From Polyangiaceae bacterium (GTDB taxonomy: Bacteria > Myxococcota_A > Polyangia > Polyangiales > Polyangiaceae): a DNA stretch of 64,000 nt. The position numbers and the translations under genes were made by a program. This document shows, piece after piece, positions 11,347-22,702 of this stretch. The DNA lies in the NCBI GenBank assembly GCA_050289625.1, contig JBNKGC010000004.1, forward strand, positions 1,984 through 65,983, given 5' to 3'. The notes under the pieces were generated by a model. It was not told the DNA's origin. It saw only the letters and a list, made by a program, of their open reading frames with translations, and did no database searches. Position 1 is the first letter of the stretch. Every line of letters starts with the position of its first letter.

Positions 11347-12300
11347 TTGACCAGGCGGAAAGAAGCACGAAAAGCGCGTCGCCCGAAGGGGGAGTCACAG
11401 GCCGCTCTGCGGCCTGGCGCGCGGGGAGGTTCAGGTTTCGAGGCATACTACGCCCAGCTCTACGAAGGGCGCTGGGAAGAGCTGCGCGCCGCGCTGCTTC
11501 ACAAACCCGCTCCTGTGGCCCGCTTGAACCCGCATTTCTCGCGGGACGCCGACCGAAAAAGCGACGTGCCGGAGAACACCTCGGTGCCGAACGTTCCAGA
11601 GGGGTGCGCGCCTTTTGGTGGAACCAACCCGGAGCGGGACGTCCGTGGTCTCCTGGCCTTCTACGTGTTGGACGCTGCCTCCGTGTACGCGGCCCGCGTC
11701 CTCGACGTCCACCCGGGGGAGCGGGTGCTCGACCTCTGTGCTGCGCCGGGAGGCAAGACCCTGATTCTTGCCGATGCCCTAGTGGAAGGCGGCGAGCTCG
11801 TTGCGAACGACCGCTCCAGCGCCCGCGCCAAACGCCTCCGACGAGTCGTGGAGGACTACCTCCCCGAATCGCTACAAAGCCGCGTGCGAGTCACCAGCTA
11901 CGACGCGAAGCGCTGGGGCATGCACGAACCCGGTGCCTTCGATGCGGTGCTTCTCGACGCGCCGTGCTCATCGGAAGCACACGTTTTGGCGGATCCTCAG
12001 GAGCTCGCCAAGTGGTCTCCCGGGCGCATTAAGCGTCTCGCGAAGGAGCAGTACGCCCTCCTCACTTCGGCTCTCCTGGCAGTTCGTCCGGGGGGCCGCG
12101 TCGTGTACTCGACCTGCTCAATTGCCCCTGACGAAAACGACGGCGTCATCGAGCGGCTCTTCGAAAAGGGTCGCCACCCGGTGCGCGCTGTCCCGGTCGA
12201 GGTGCCCGTGGGTACGCGGACCCGGTACGGGTGGCAGATCCTTCCGGACCGCGATGGCTGTGGTCCGATCTACGTCGCACTTCTGACCAAGCCAGTTTGA
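11347..12300 (+). CDS. RsmB/RsmF (NOL1/NOP2/Sun) family RNA m5C methyltransferase
   Basis: SAM site LDLCAAPGGKTL, and catalytic Cys motifs DAPCSSE and VYSTCS. The TTG start is uncertain. Confidence 0.85.
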   Translation: MTRRKEARKARRPKGESQAALRPGARGGSGFEAYYAQLYEGRWEELRAALLHKPAPVARLNPHFSRDADRKSDVPENTSVPNVPEGCAPFGGTNPERDVRGLLAFYVLDAASVYAARVLDVHPGERVLDLCAAPGGKTLILADALVEGGELVANDRSSARAKRLRRVVEDYLPESLQSRVRVTSYDAKRWGMHEPGAFDAVLLDAPCSSEAHVLADPQELAKWSPGRIKRLAKEQYALLTSALLAVRPGGRVVYSTCSIAPDENDGVIERLFEKGRHPVRAVPVEVPVGTRTRYGWQILPDRDGCGPIYVALLTKPV

Positions 12301-12391
12301 GTCAGTTCCCGGTCCCGCCCCAAACCCGCGATTCGTTCCCGGTGCGAAATGCGCTGTTCGCGTCGGGCTCCCGTTTCAGGGGTGAGGGCCC

Positions 12392-12613
12392 TCAGGGCTG
12401 GGTTTGGCGTTCGTCGTCGTCTTGCGGGGGACGCCGTGGGGGGTCGAGCTGAGCCAGAGCCGAGCTGACGAGGGGCCCGAGAAATTTCCCGAGTTGGAAG
12501 CCGAGAAGGCCCGCAGCGAGGAGCCATGGCGCGTGATCCGTTGGACCCGCGACTTGATGAGCGAGGAGAACACCCAAGGAAGCGAAGGCGACCCTCCAGC
12601 CGAGAGATTGCAT
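12392..12613 (-). CDS. Possible small two-TM membrane protein (73 aa)
   Basis: Two hydrophobic segments (VAFASLGVLLAHQV, PWLLAAGLLGFQLGKFLGPLV) plus a charged tail. Third-position GC looks lower than in neighbouring genes, so coding status is doubtful. Confidence 0.3.
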   Translation of the reverse strand: MQSLGWRVAFASLGVLLAHQVAGPTDHAPWLLAAGLLGFQLGKFLGPLVSSALAQLDPPRRPPQDDDERQTQP

Positions 12614-12770
12614 CGCCTGCGGTCATGCAATCGTGGTGCCGAAGCAAAAAGTGGCCAATTGGAGCGGATTTCGCCCATTCCGCGACGGACATCCGTCCGT
12701 CTTACGGCCGAATGTCCGCGGCGTTTTGCCCTGGATGGGGTCCTGCTCTTGCTACTACGCTCGCGGCGCC

Positions 12771-13856
12771 ATGAGTCGGCTGGTCACACCCAAGATCGAA
12801 GCGCTGCGTCCCTACCAAGGGGGCAAACCTGTCGAAGAGTTGTTCCGGGAGCAGGGGATCCGCGATGCGGTCAAGCTGGCATCGAACGAAAATCCGCTCG
12901 GGCCGAGCCCGAAGGCCGTCGAAGCTGCTCGTCGCGCTCTGGGCGAAGTGCATCGGTATCCCGATGGGGCTGCGTTCCGCCTGCGGTCGGCCATCGCCGA
13001 GTTCCACGGGGTCAGTCTCGACGAGGTCGTGCACGGGAATGGCTCGAACGAAATCATCGAGCTTCTGGTGCGTACCTTCACCACGCCGGAACACCACATC
13101 GTGTTCGGTCAGCCGGCGTTCAGCATGTACCGAGTCGTCGTGGCCGCTCACAACGTGGAGGGAACTGCGGTCCCCACCACGCCCGATCTCGTCCACGATC
13201 TGGATGGGATGCTCGCCGCAGTGCGTGAAAACACCCGGCTCATCCTGATCGACAACCCGAACAATCCCACCGGAACCTACGTCGGAAAGCAGAAGCTCGA
13301 GGCGTTCCTCCGCGCGGTGCCGTCGGACGTCATCGTGGTCATGGACGAGGCCTACTTCGAGTACGCGGACGCTCCTGACTATCCCGACTCCTTGGCGCTT
13401 CGCGATCTGCGCGAGCGACTCGTCGTGCTTCGGACTTTCTCCAAGGCCTACGGGCTGGCTGGATTCCGCGTCGGCTACGGTATCGGGCCCGTGGAAATCA
13501 TGCGCTACGTGAACCGCCTGCGCGCACCGTTCAACGTGAGCGTGCCCAGTCAGGAAGCGGCGATCGCTGCTCTCGCCGATGCGGAGCATCTCGAGAGAGC
13601 CGTGAAGACGAACGCCGCAGAGCGGCGGCGGCTGACCGAGGAGCTCAATTGTCGTGGGTTTGCTGCCACTCCGAGCCAAGCGAATTTCGTCTTGGCCGAC
13701 TTCGGCCAAGATCCGAACGCGCTCTACGAGAAGCTCCTGACTCGCGGGGTCATCGTCCGGCCGATCCCGGGTCTCGCGTCGAGCCTCCGGATCACGGTGG
13801 GAACCCCGCAAGAAAACTCGCGGTTCCTCGAGGCTCTCGACGAGGTGACGCAGTGA
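12771..13856 (+). CDS. hisC: Histidinol-phosphate aminotransferase
   Basis: LRPYQGGKP..., KLASNENPLGPSP, NPNNPTG, and PLP-Lys context TFSKAYGLAGFRVGY. Trimmed to ATG 12771. Confidence 0.92.
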   Translation: MSRLVTPKIEALRPYQGGKPVEELFREQGIRDAVKLASNENPLGPSPKAVEAARRALGEVHRYPDGAAFRLRSAIAEFHGVSLDEVVHGNGSNEIIELLVRTFTTPEHHIVFGQPAFSMYRVVVAAHNVEGTAVPTTPDLVHDLDGMLAAVRENTRLILIDNPNNPTGTYVGKQKLEAFLRAVPSDVIVVMDEAYFEYADAPDYPDSLALRDLRERLVVLRTFSKAYGLAGFRVGYGIGPVEIMRYVNRLRAPFNVSVPSQEAAIAALADAEHLERAVKTNAAERRRLTEELNCRGFAATPSQANFVLADFGQDPNALYEKLLTRGVIVRPIPGLASSLRITVGTPQENSRFLEALDEVTQ

Positions 13857-14857
13857 AGCCTTTCGGGCGCTCGGCGAGCTCGCTCCTGATCTGCACCGCG
13901 TGTCTCGGTGCCCTGCTCCCCGGGTGCATGAAAACCGACGAGGTGGTCGTCGAAACGGCGGCCGGGCGTCGTGTCGACGACGCCACCATCGACGAAGACC
14001 CTTGGGCGCTCTTGCCGAGCGGCGCCATCTCCTGGATGGGGCTGGACGCGCAGGCCCTCTACGCGTCGAAGTTTGGTTCTCAGGTGTCGGCGTTGCTCGG
14101 GCGGACGCTTCCTTTGGCAACGAACGCCGGGGTCGACTTCACGCGGGACGTCGATGCGCTCTCGCTCGGCATCTACTCACTCAGCGGTGTCGATGTCGCG
14201 GGTGTCGCGACGGGACGCTTCAGTCCGCAGCTGATCGACCAAGCGGTAGTTCCCGGGGCGCTCACGAGCACCGGGCGCCCGATCACACGCAGTGTTTACG
14301 CGGGACGCACGTTGTACGTGGCCGACGGCGTCGGGATGACGGTGCTCACGCCGAAGACCCTGGTTTTCGGCAACGAGATCGGCATGCGGCGAGTGCTCGA
14401 TCGGATCGAGGAAGGGCGCGTCGACCGCAAGCTGCCCGCATGGTTCGAAGAGCTGTTGGCCACGCAGAACGCCCCCATGGCCTGGGGAGTCGATCTGGCC
14501 GAAAATCCCCTGTCGGACGCGGCGCGCCATCAAGTCTCCTTTCTCCAGGGGCTCCGCGCGGCCCGCTTGCTCGGGAATTTCCAGGAGCCTGGCCTCAACT
14601 TGGCCGGGTCCCTCACCTACGGTGACGAAGCGACTGCCGTGCGAGGGGCCGAGACACTCCGAGCCACCGTCGACACGATCCGAAGCTACGGATTTCTGAT
14701 GGCGATTTTCGGCGTGTCGCAACCCATTACGCGCGTCGAAGCGCAGGCGCGGGGGAGGGAAGTCGCGCTGGTCACCGAAATGGACGGGCAAGCCATCGGG
14801 GGTCTGCTCGCCAATGCGGACCGAGTGCTCGGGATGCTTCTTCCGGCGGGGCGCTGA
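13853..14857 (+). CDS. Hypothetical lipoprotein (paralog family member 1)
   Basis: GTG 13853 overlaps the hisC stop (GTGA). Signal peptide with lipobox LLPGC. Normal protein composition. Weak ordered similarity to ORFs 16946 and 17950. Confidence 0.7.
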   Translation: MKPFGRSASSLLICTACLGALLPGCMKTDEVVVETAAGRRVDDATIDEDPWALLPSGAISWMGLDAQALYASKFGSQVSALLGRTLPLATNAGVDFTRDVDALSLGIYSLSGVDVAGVATGRFSPQLIDQAVVPGALTSTGRPITRSVYAGRTLYVADGVGMTVLTPKTLVFGNEIGMRRVLDRIEEGRVDRKLPAWFEELLATQNAPMAWGVDLAENPLSDAARHQVSFLQGLRAARLLGNFQEPGLNLAGSLTYGDEATAVRGAETLRATVDTIRSYGFLMAIFGVSQPITRVEAQARGREVALVTEMDGQAIGGLLANADRVLGMLLPAGR

Positions 14858-14863
14858 GTCACC

Positions 14864-16192
14864 GTGGTTGCTCAACTCGTCGTCTACCCGGCGTCCGTTC
14901 CACTGCGCGGGAGCGTTCCCGTGCCCGCTGATCCCGCGATTGCGAGCATCGCGCTCGGCGTTGCGACGCTCGCCTTCGGCCGGTCTCGCTTGCTTCTGCG
15001 AGCCGTTCCCGAGCCGGTCGACGCGCTCACTGGAGCCCTCCGCCGCCTTGGCGTGTCGATCGCTCGGACCGAAGATGCGCTCGAGGTCGAGGGGCGAGGC
15101 CTCGATGGTCTCGAGCCGCCGGACGAAGTCCTCGATGCGCGCGGCATGCCGTTGGCCGCGTCGATCCTGATGGGGCTCTTGGCTGGGCGTCCCTTCGAAG
15201 CGCAGCTGGTCGTCGACGACGAGGTCGCCGACCGTCTGGTGCCGGCCTTGGAAGCCAGCTTTGGGGTTTCCAGCCGGCCATGGTCCGGGGGAGGACAGCT
15301 GCTCGCTTTTCATCCGCCAGCGGAGCGTCCTCGAGGGATTCAGGCCATGCTGCCCGGTTGTGACCCCGCTCCCAAAGTGGCGCTCTTGCTCGCGGGTCTT
15401 CGCGCGCAGTCTCCGACAACCCTCGATGAGGCCATCGCGTCGCCGGATCATTGCGAACGGCTGCTGCAACACCTCGAGATGCCGCTCACGGGATCGGCGA
15501 CCACGCGGCAGCTGCACCCGCCGCGTGATCCGAAAGCGATCCGTGCCTTCGAGCTTCCCGAGGTGGGGGACTTTTCGGCAGCGGCGTATCTCCTGGCCGC
15601 GGCGGTGCTCGTTCCCGAAAGTCATGTCACCGTGCGCGGCGTGGGTCTGAACCCCACGCGAACTGGCTTGCTGGACGCGTTCCGCTTCCTCGGAGCGCAC
15701 GCTGGCATCACGCCGCAGGGCGACGTGCTCTGTGAGCCCTTCGGTGAGGTGACGGCGATGGGGCGAGGGATCGTCGGTGGGGCACTCGCCGGAGAAACGG
15801 CGGCTCGCATGGGAGCCGACTACGTTCCGGCGACCATCGCCCTCGCTCGCGCGACACAGCCGGTGGAGGTAGCGGACATCGGTGCGGGCAGCGACGAGCC
15901 CATGCGAGCAGTGGCCCGACTGGTCGGCGTTTTGCGGGCGTACGGTGTCGATGCTGCGCCATCCGAAGGTGGCCTCGTCCTTCGGCCTGCCATGGGGCCC
16001 ACCCGAGCCACGCGGGTGACCACGGGCGGTGACCATCGACTGGCTCTGGCAGCCACGCTATTGGGACTTTCGTCGGATGGCCCGAGCGTGGTCGACGACG
16101 TGGATTGTCTGCGACGGTTTTTTCCGCGCGTCGTGGGGACGCTCAGGGCTCTCGGGGCCACCATCGAGGTGAAGAGTGACGAAAGACAGTGA
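14864..16192 (+). CDS. aroA: EPSP synthase (3-phosphoshikimate 1-carboxyvinyltransferase) homolog with degenerate active-site motifs
   Basis: Fold markers GDFSAAAYLLAAAVLVPESHVTVRGVGLNPTRTGL and GGDHRLALAATLLGL, and the canonical position upstream of cmk-rpsA. The PGxKSxSxR and GNSGT-type motifs are not recognisable (see finding). Confidence 0.8.
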   Translation: MVAQLVVYPASVPLRGSVPVPADPAIASIALGVATLAFGRSRLLLRAVPEPVDALTGALRRLGVSIARTEDALEVEGRGLDGLEPPDEVLDARGMPLAASILMGLLAGRPFEAQLVVDDEVADRLVPALEASFGVSSRPWSGGGQLLAFHPPAERPRGIQAMLPGCDPAPKVALLLAGLRAQSPTTLDEAIASPDHCERLLQHLEMPLTGSATTRQLHPPRDPKAIRAFELPEVGDFSAAAYLLAAAVLVPESHVTVRGVGLNPTRTGLLDAFRFLGAHAGITPQGDVLCEPFGEVTAMGRGIVGGALAGETAARMGADYVPATIALARATQPVEVADIGAGSDEPMRAVARLVGVLRAYGVDAAPSEGGLVLRPAMGPTRATRVTTGGDHRLALAATLLGLSSDGPSVVDDVDCLRRFFPRVVGTLRALGATIEVKSDERQ

Positions 16193-16928
16193 CACTCCGA
16201 GACGCCGCGAGCTCCCGGTCGTGGCGATCGACGGTCCGGCGGGCGCGGGCAAAAGCACGGTGACCCGCCGTGTGGCCGCTGACCTGGGTTACACGGCGGT
16301 GGATACTGGCGCCCTGTATCGCACGGTCGCGCTTGCATGTTCGCGCCGGAATGTCGCTTGGGACGATGCGGCAGGGGTTCAGAACGTCGCTCACGAACTG
16401 GCTCGTGAAGGTCTCATCACGATGACGCAAGCCGGCGGTACGACGCATGTCACGCTGGCCGGGGAAGACGTGTCGGAGGCGATTCGCACCCAGAAAATGG
16501 GGCAGGGCGCGAGCCAGGTGTCGGCGCTACCGCCCGTGCGCGATGCGCTGCTCGAGATGCAGCGGGCGCTCGGATGCGACGGCGGAGTCGTGCTCGAAGG
16601 ACGCGACATCGGCTCGGTCGTGTTTCCCGACGCCGAAGCGAAGTTTTTCCTGACCGCGAGCGCCGAGGTGCGCGCGCAGCGCAGACACGAAGAGCTCCAG
16701 GACCGAGGCGAAACGGTCGCTCTAAGCGAAGTGCTGCGCGAGGTCGAAGAGAGGGATCGCCGCGACACAGAGCGCCCCGTGGCTCCGCTGGTCCGGGCTG
16801 ACGACGCCCATCTCGTCGACAGCTCGAGCCTCGACATCGATCAAGTCGTCGAGGAAATCGTTCGTATCGTTCGCGGAGTCGAGGCGAAGTTGCGAGAGGC
16901 CGCGGGGAAGCGGCACGGGGCGTCCTGA
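16176..16928 (+). CDS. cmk: Cytidylate kinase
   Basis: VVAIDGPAGAGKSTV...DTGALYR. Overlaps the aroA-like gene by 17 nt. Confidence 0.92.
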   Translation: MTKDSDTPRRRELPVVAIDGPAGAGKSTVTRRVAADLGYTAVDTGALYRTVALACSRRNVAWDDAAGVQNVAHELAREGLITMTQAGGTTHVTLAGEDVSEAIRTQKMGQGASQVSALPPVRDALLEMQRALGCDGGVVLEGRDIGSVVFPDAEAKFFLTASAEVRAQRRHEELQDRGETVALSEVLREVEERDRRDTERPVAPLVRADDAHLVDSSSLDIDQVVEEIVRIVRGVEAKLREAAGKRHGAS

Positions 16929-16945
16929 GCCGTCGGGGGGAGAGG

Positions 16946-17953
16946 GTGAGGTTTCGGTTCCCGCTTGCCTGCGCTCCGTGGACACTGGCGCTCTTGCTTT
17001 CAGGGGTGCCGGGCTGCGCCGAGCCGCGCGCCGTCGAGCCGCCGCCGGCTCCCCCAGCTGACCCGAGCCCCATCGAAGCGGTGCCCGGGGATCTCGACGT
17101 GGTCGTTCGTCTGGACCTGAAACGCATGCGTTCGGCCCTGCCCGAAGAGGCGGGGCGCAGTCTGACCGAGCGGGCGCTCGGCGGTGGCGAACCAAGCTCC
17201 GCCACCGAAGTGATACGCCAGGCCCTCGAGCTTGCCGACCAGGTATGGGTAGGCTTTCGCCCGGGCATGTCCGCCGCCGAGACGGACAACGTTCTGGTGC
17301 TACGCGGCGATTTTTCGACGATTTCGACCGAACGACTGACTCGCGGCTTCGGCGTCGTGCGGGATCTGGGCGGTGGATGGCACGTGCGTGAGGCTCGGGA
17401 GGTGCCTTCGCGAGCTGCCCCCGCGCGCCTCTACAACCGTCTCGACCGATTTTGGGTGGTGGCTTCGCAGGCCGAGGTGGATGCGGTCGAACGCGTCATC
17501 GAAGCAGGTGTGCGCGAGCGCCTCGTCGAGCCTCCTGAGGTCGGCGTGATCTCCGTCGCCGCCCGTCTCGAAGCGATTGTTCCGACCTTGCGGAAGCGGG
17601 CTCCCAAGGCGGCCCGCTTTCTTTCTCGGGCCGAATACCTGACCGCCAGCGCGGATTTGACTTCCGCAGGCCTCGATTCGCGCCTCTCCATGCGCTTTCT
17701 GTCGCCTCATGACGCCGAGCGCGGCGCTGCCTCGCTGCGGGTGTTTCTCCAGCTTCTTGCCCTCAAAGGCGTCGGAAAGTGGCTTGGTGAGACGGAAGTG
17801 ACACCCGTTGGTCGAACCGTGAGCTTTCGAGCGAAGGTGCCTCCCGAAATGCTGACGGCACTGGTTCACGGGCCCCGGGCGCGCGAGGCTGGGCGGCGGG
17901 AGGACGCACCAATTCCAGCGGGCAAACCTACTTCGGATTCGGACATCCCATGA
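16946..17953 (+). CDS. Hypothetical lipoprotein (paralog family member 2)
   Basis: GTG start preceded by GGGGGGAGAG. Signal peptide with lipobox SGVPGC. Confidence 0.7.
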   Translation: MRFRFPLACAPWTLALLLSGVPGCAEPRAVEPPPAPPADPSPIEAVPGDLDVVVRLDLKRMRSALPEEAGRSLTERALGGGEPSSATEVIRQALELADQVWVGFRPGMSAAETDNVLVLRGDFSTISTERLTRGFGVVRDLGGGWHVREAREVPSRAAPARLYNRLDRFWVVASQAEVDAVERVIEAGVRERLVEPPEVGVISVAARLEAIVPTLRKRAPKAARFLSRAEYLTASADLTSAGLDSRLSMRFLSPHDAERGAASLRVFLQLLALKGVGKWLGETEVTPVGRTVSFRAKVPPEMLTALVHGPRAREAGRREDAPIPAGKPTSDSDIP

Positions 17954-18936
17954 CTGAGCGACGCGGAGTCAACTACAAGACCGTCTTCATCGCCCTCGGC
18001 GTGAGCATCGCTCTCGCTGCTGGCGTCGGCCTGTTCATCTACTTCCACTACGTGCGCTACGAGCGGGTAGCGGTGATCCACCTGCCCGCAGGCACGAGGG
18101 CAGCAGCGCGCTTCGATCTGGAGAAGGTGGTTCTGTACGAACCGTTCCGCAGCCAGCTGCTGCCCCTGGTGAACGAGCATGACGCGCGCGCCCGGCGCAA
18201 GGAGGACGCGCGAATCGAGCGGTTCAAGCACCATACGGGTATCGAGCTCGGTGTGGACGTCCGGGAGGTCGTCGTGGGATGGGGGCCTGGCGGTTCCGAC
18301 TGGGTGGTTGCCCTCGGAGGGTTGTTTCGCAGGGGCGGCGTGTTGGACGGGCTCGCGCGTGTCCTCGAAGAGGAGGGCAAGCCCTTTCGACGAACTCCGA
18401 ACGCCCTCGTCGCTCCGAGCGGTGAGGCACTTGGTCAGGCAGCGGACGGGACCCTGGTCGCCGCTTCCAGTGAGGCACTCCTCGGCCAGGCACTTCCCGC
18501 GACCCGCGTCTACGAGTCTCTCGGGATGACGCGCGTAGGCCCGGGAAGTTTCGGGATCGCTGGGAGTACCCTGCAGGGCATCGTCCCCACTCCGCTGCGC
18601 TTCGTGGCACCGTCGCTCGCCGTGGTCGACGACGTCGAGCGGATTCACGGCGAATTGAGCCTCGGCCAAGACGTGTCAGTCGAGGGGCTCGTCGAGCTCC
18701 GTTCAGGCGACGACGCGGCAGACCGGGTGCGGTCCCTGCTGACTTCCGTTCGCGCGGCTGGCGCACTGCCCGCGGCGGGCCCCCTGAAAACCATTTCCGG
18801 CGCGCTCGGTCAGCTGGAGGTCACGCCGGCGGGCCCCCGAGGCGCTCGAGTCACGGCCCGCTGGACTCGAGACGAAGTCGAGTTCGCTGCGGCTCGCCTG
18901 GCAGATTTGCTGCGTGTTTGGTTCGGCTGGCGCTGA
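17950..18936 (+). CDS. Hypothetical membrane-anchored protein (paralog family member 3)
   Basis: ATGA overlap with the preceding stop. N-terminal TM helix VFIALGVSIALAAGVGLFIYF. Confidence 0.7.
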   Translation: MTERRGVNYKTVFIALGVSIALAAGVGLFIYFHYVRYERVAVIHLPAGTRAAARFDLEKVVLYEPFRSQLLPLVNEHDARARRKEDARIERFKHHTGIELGVDVREVVVGWGPGGSDWVVALGGLFRRGGVLDGLARVLEEEGKPFRRTPNALVAPSGEALGQAADGTLVAASSEALLGQALPATRVYESLGMTRVGPGSFGIAGSTLQGIVPTPLRFVAPSLAVVDDVERIHGELSLGQDVSVEGLVELRSGDDAADRVRSLLTSVRAAGALPAAGPLKTISGALGQLEVTPAGPRGARVTARWTRDEVEFAAARLADLLRVWFGWR

Positions 18937-19256
18937 AATCCGCCAGGCGCGCTCCGGATGGCTCATTTCGGCCCCCTGCATTTGCTGGTGTCCCGGCCGT
19001 ACTGCACCGCGGCCGCAGACTCGGGCGGCGATTGAGGGGGCAGTGAGGGGACCGGCTGGCAGCGAGAGATACCGTCGCGATCGACTCGAGCCCTGGCGGA
19101 ACCCGAAGGACGTGGCAGCCTGTTTGACGCGTAGTCTGCTGTGCGCTAACCCGAGCGCCCCGAACGAGCGCGAATCAGCGAGGGCATCCAAACGACTGCT
19201 TCTGGAAGCCGCGCCCGCCGGGTTCATCACAGCCCCTCGCCAGGAGCATAGAAAAC

Positions 19257-21026
<1,770 letters not shown>

Positions 21027-21197
21027 GGCTTCGTCGGGGCGACGACAGCGGCTCGGTTCGAGCCGCCGGACTCGCCCCGGGCGCGGCTTCGTCACAACCT
21101 GTCGAACCGAAGGCGAGTTGGCTTCCAGTGAGGTCCGGCCCGCTGGAAACGTCGGTCTCCAGACGTCGGTAGGTGTGGCGAAACCAGCGACAAGAAG

Positions 21198-21235
21198 AAC
21201 GGGCACTCGATTTCGATCGGGTGCCCGTTTCTCGT
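21198..21235 (+). terminator. rpsA terminator hairpin
   Basis: AACGGGCAC (21198-21206) / GTGCCCGTT (21221-21229), with an inner CGAT-TTCG-ATCG extension, followed by TCTCGTCC. Confidence 0.65.
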
Positions 21236-21385
21236 CCATCGTGCCCTGTGGTGCGCGTCTACGCCGGGAACCAGGTGCGTCGATTGCCTCGCGCTCACTG
21301 GAACGCCGAGGTGTTCCTGCGGTGTGGCTTTCACTTTGTCCGAACGCCTCGCTAGTCTTGTGCGAACCCTCGGAAACTTCCCCTC

Positions 21386-22702
21386 GTGAATCACGAAGAC
21401 AGCACGACCGCGCCTCCCCACCGCGGTAAGCACGGTTGGACCCGCCGACGGATCGCGTTCCTCGCGATCTCCGGCTTGGCGATTCTCGCGCTCCTCGTTT
21501 CGGTGCGCGCAGTCCTTCTGCCCTTCATCCTAGCCGTCATCATCGCTTACGTGCTGACGCCTCTCGTGGCCTTCTGCGAAAACCGCGCGCGTATGCCGCG
21601 GTCGGTGGCGATTTTGGTGGTTTACGCCATCACCTTCGGAGCCATCTATGCTTCCGTCGCAGCGATTTCACCGCGGGTGTACGACGAAACCCTGAAAATC
21701 ACTCGGGATGCGCCGCGTTTGATCCGCAACGGGGCCGCCAAGTGGGGCCCCCTCATCGAGAGCTGGGTGGACGGTTACTTGGGCCGGAAAGATGAAGTCC
21801 AGGTCCCCCATGCGGAGCGCCACGAACCCGCCTTTGCAGTCGAGCAGCGTCGGGATGGTTCCTTCGCCGTAGAGCTCCGCGCCGGGATCGACATGGTTCA
21901 GGAAGGCCCGAAACGCTGGAGGATTTCCCCGAAGGAGGAGCTTCCTCCTGAAGGGTTTCGCGCTTCGGAGCTGGTGAACGAAAGCCTCGATCGCTTCGTG
22001 AAGTACCTCAAGCTGAACGCTTTCGAAGTCCTCAAGGTGGGGCAAACCATCGTATCCAGCGTTTCCCGCGCCATCTTTCTGCTCTTCATGACGCTGATGG
22101 TGGCCGGGTACATCATGCACACACGCGAGAACATCTACGCGTTCTTCCGCTCCCTCGTCCCGCTGACGGCGCGGCCGGGATTCGATCGTCTGACGTTCCG
22201 CATCGACCGCGGTCTATCCGGGGTAGTGCGCGGTCAGCTCCTGATCTGCCTGGTGAACGGCGTGCTTTCCGCGATCGGATTTTGGATCTTCGATCTCAAG
22301 TACTGGCCAATCTTGGCGATCGTGGCAGGTGTCATGAGCCTCATCCCGATCTTTGGATCGATTCTGAGCACCATTCCGGCGGTCATGATCGGCATCACCC
22401 AGGACTTCTGGACCGCTCTGTGGGTGATGCTTTGGATCATCGGCATTCATCAGGTGGAAGCGAATCTTCTCAACCCGAAGATCATCGGGGTCTCGGCGAA
22501 GATTCACCCCGTGCTCGTCGTATTCGCCCTCCTCGTCGGAGAGCACTTCTACGGGCTTTGGGGCGCGCTGCTCGCGGTGCCGACGCTGTCCATCGCGCAG
22601 AGCATCTTCAATCACTTTCGCTTCGAATCGATGCCTGATGCGGGTCCGGACAGCCTGAGCGCCGAAGAGCTGGTGCGCCGCACCCGGGCGGCGAGTGGCT
22701 GA
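21386..22702 (+). CDS. AI-2E family transporter (PerM/UPF0118)
   Basis: Multi-TM protein with the characteristic C-terminal block IPIFGSILSTIPAV...LNPKIIG...HPVLVVFALLVGEHFYGLWGALLAVP. Confidence 0.9.
   Translation: MNHEDSTTAPPHRGKHGWTRRRIAFLAISGLAILALLVSVRAVLLPFILAVIIAYVLTPLVAFCENRARMPRSVAILVVYAITFGAIYASVAAISPRVYDETLKITRDAPRLIRNGAAKWGPLIESWVDGYLGRKDEVQVPHAERHEPAFAVEQRRDGSFAVELRAGIDMVQEGPKRWRISPKEELPPEGFRASELVNESLDRFVKYLKLNAFEVLKVGQTIVSSVSRAIFLLFMTLMVAGYIMHTRENIYAFFRSLVPLTARPGFDRLTFRIDRGLSGVVRGQLLICLVNGVLSAIGFWIFDLKYWPILAIVAGVMSLIPIFGSILSTIPAVMIGITQDFWTALWVMLWIIGIHQVEANLLNPKIIGVSAKIHPVLVVFALLVGEHFYGLWGALLAVPTLSIAQSIFNHFRFESMPDAGPDSLSAEELVRRTRAASG

Noticed and set aside
14177-16036. 619-aa minus-strand ORF antisense to the lipoprotein and aroA-like genes
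   Set aside because: Shadow ORF with Arg/Gly/His-rich composition. The sense-strand genes show fold markers and tight operon junctions.
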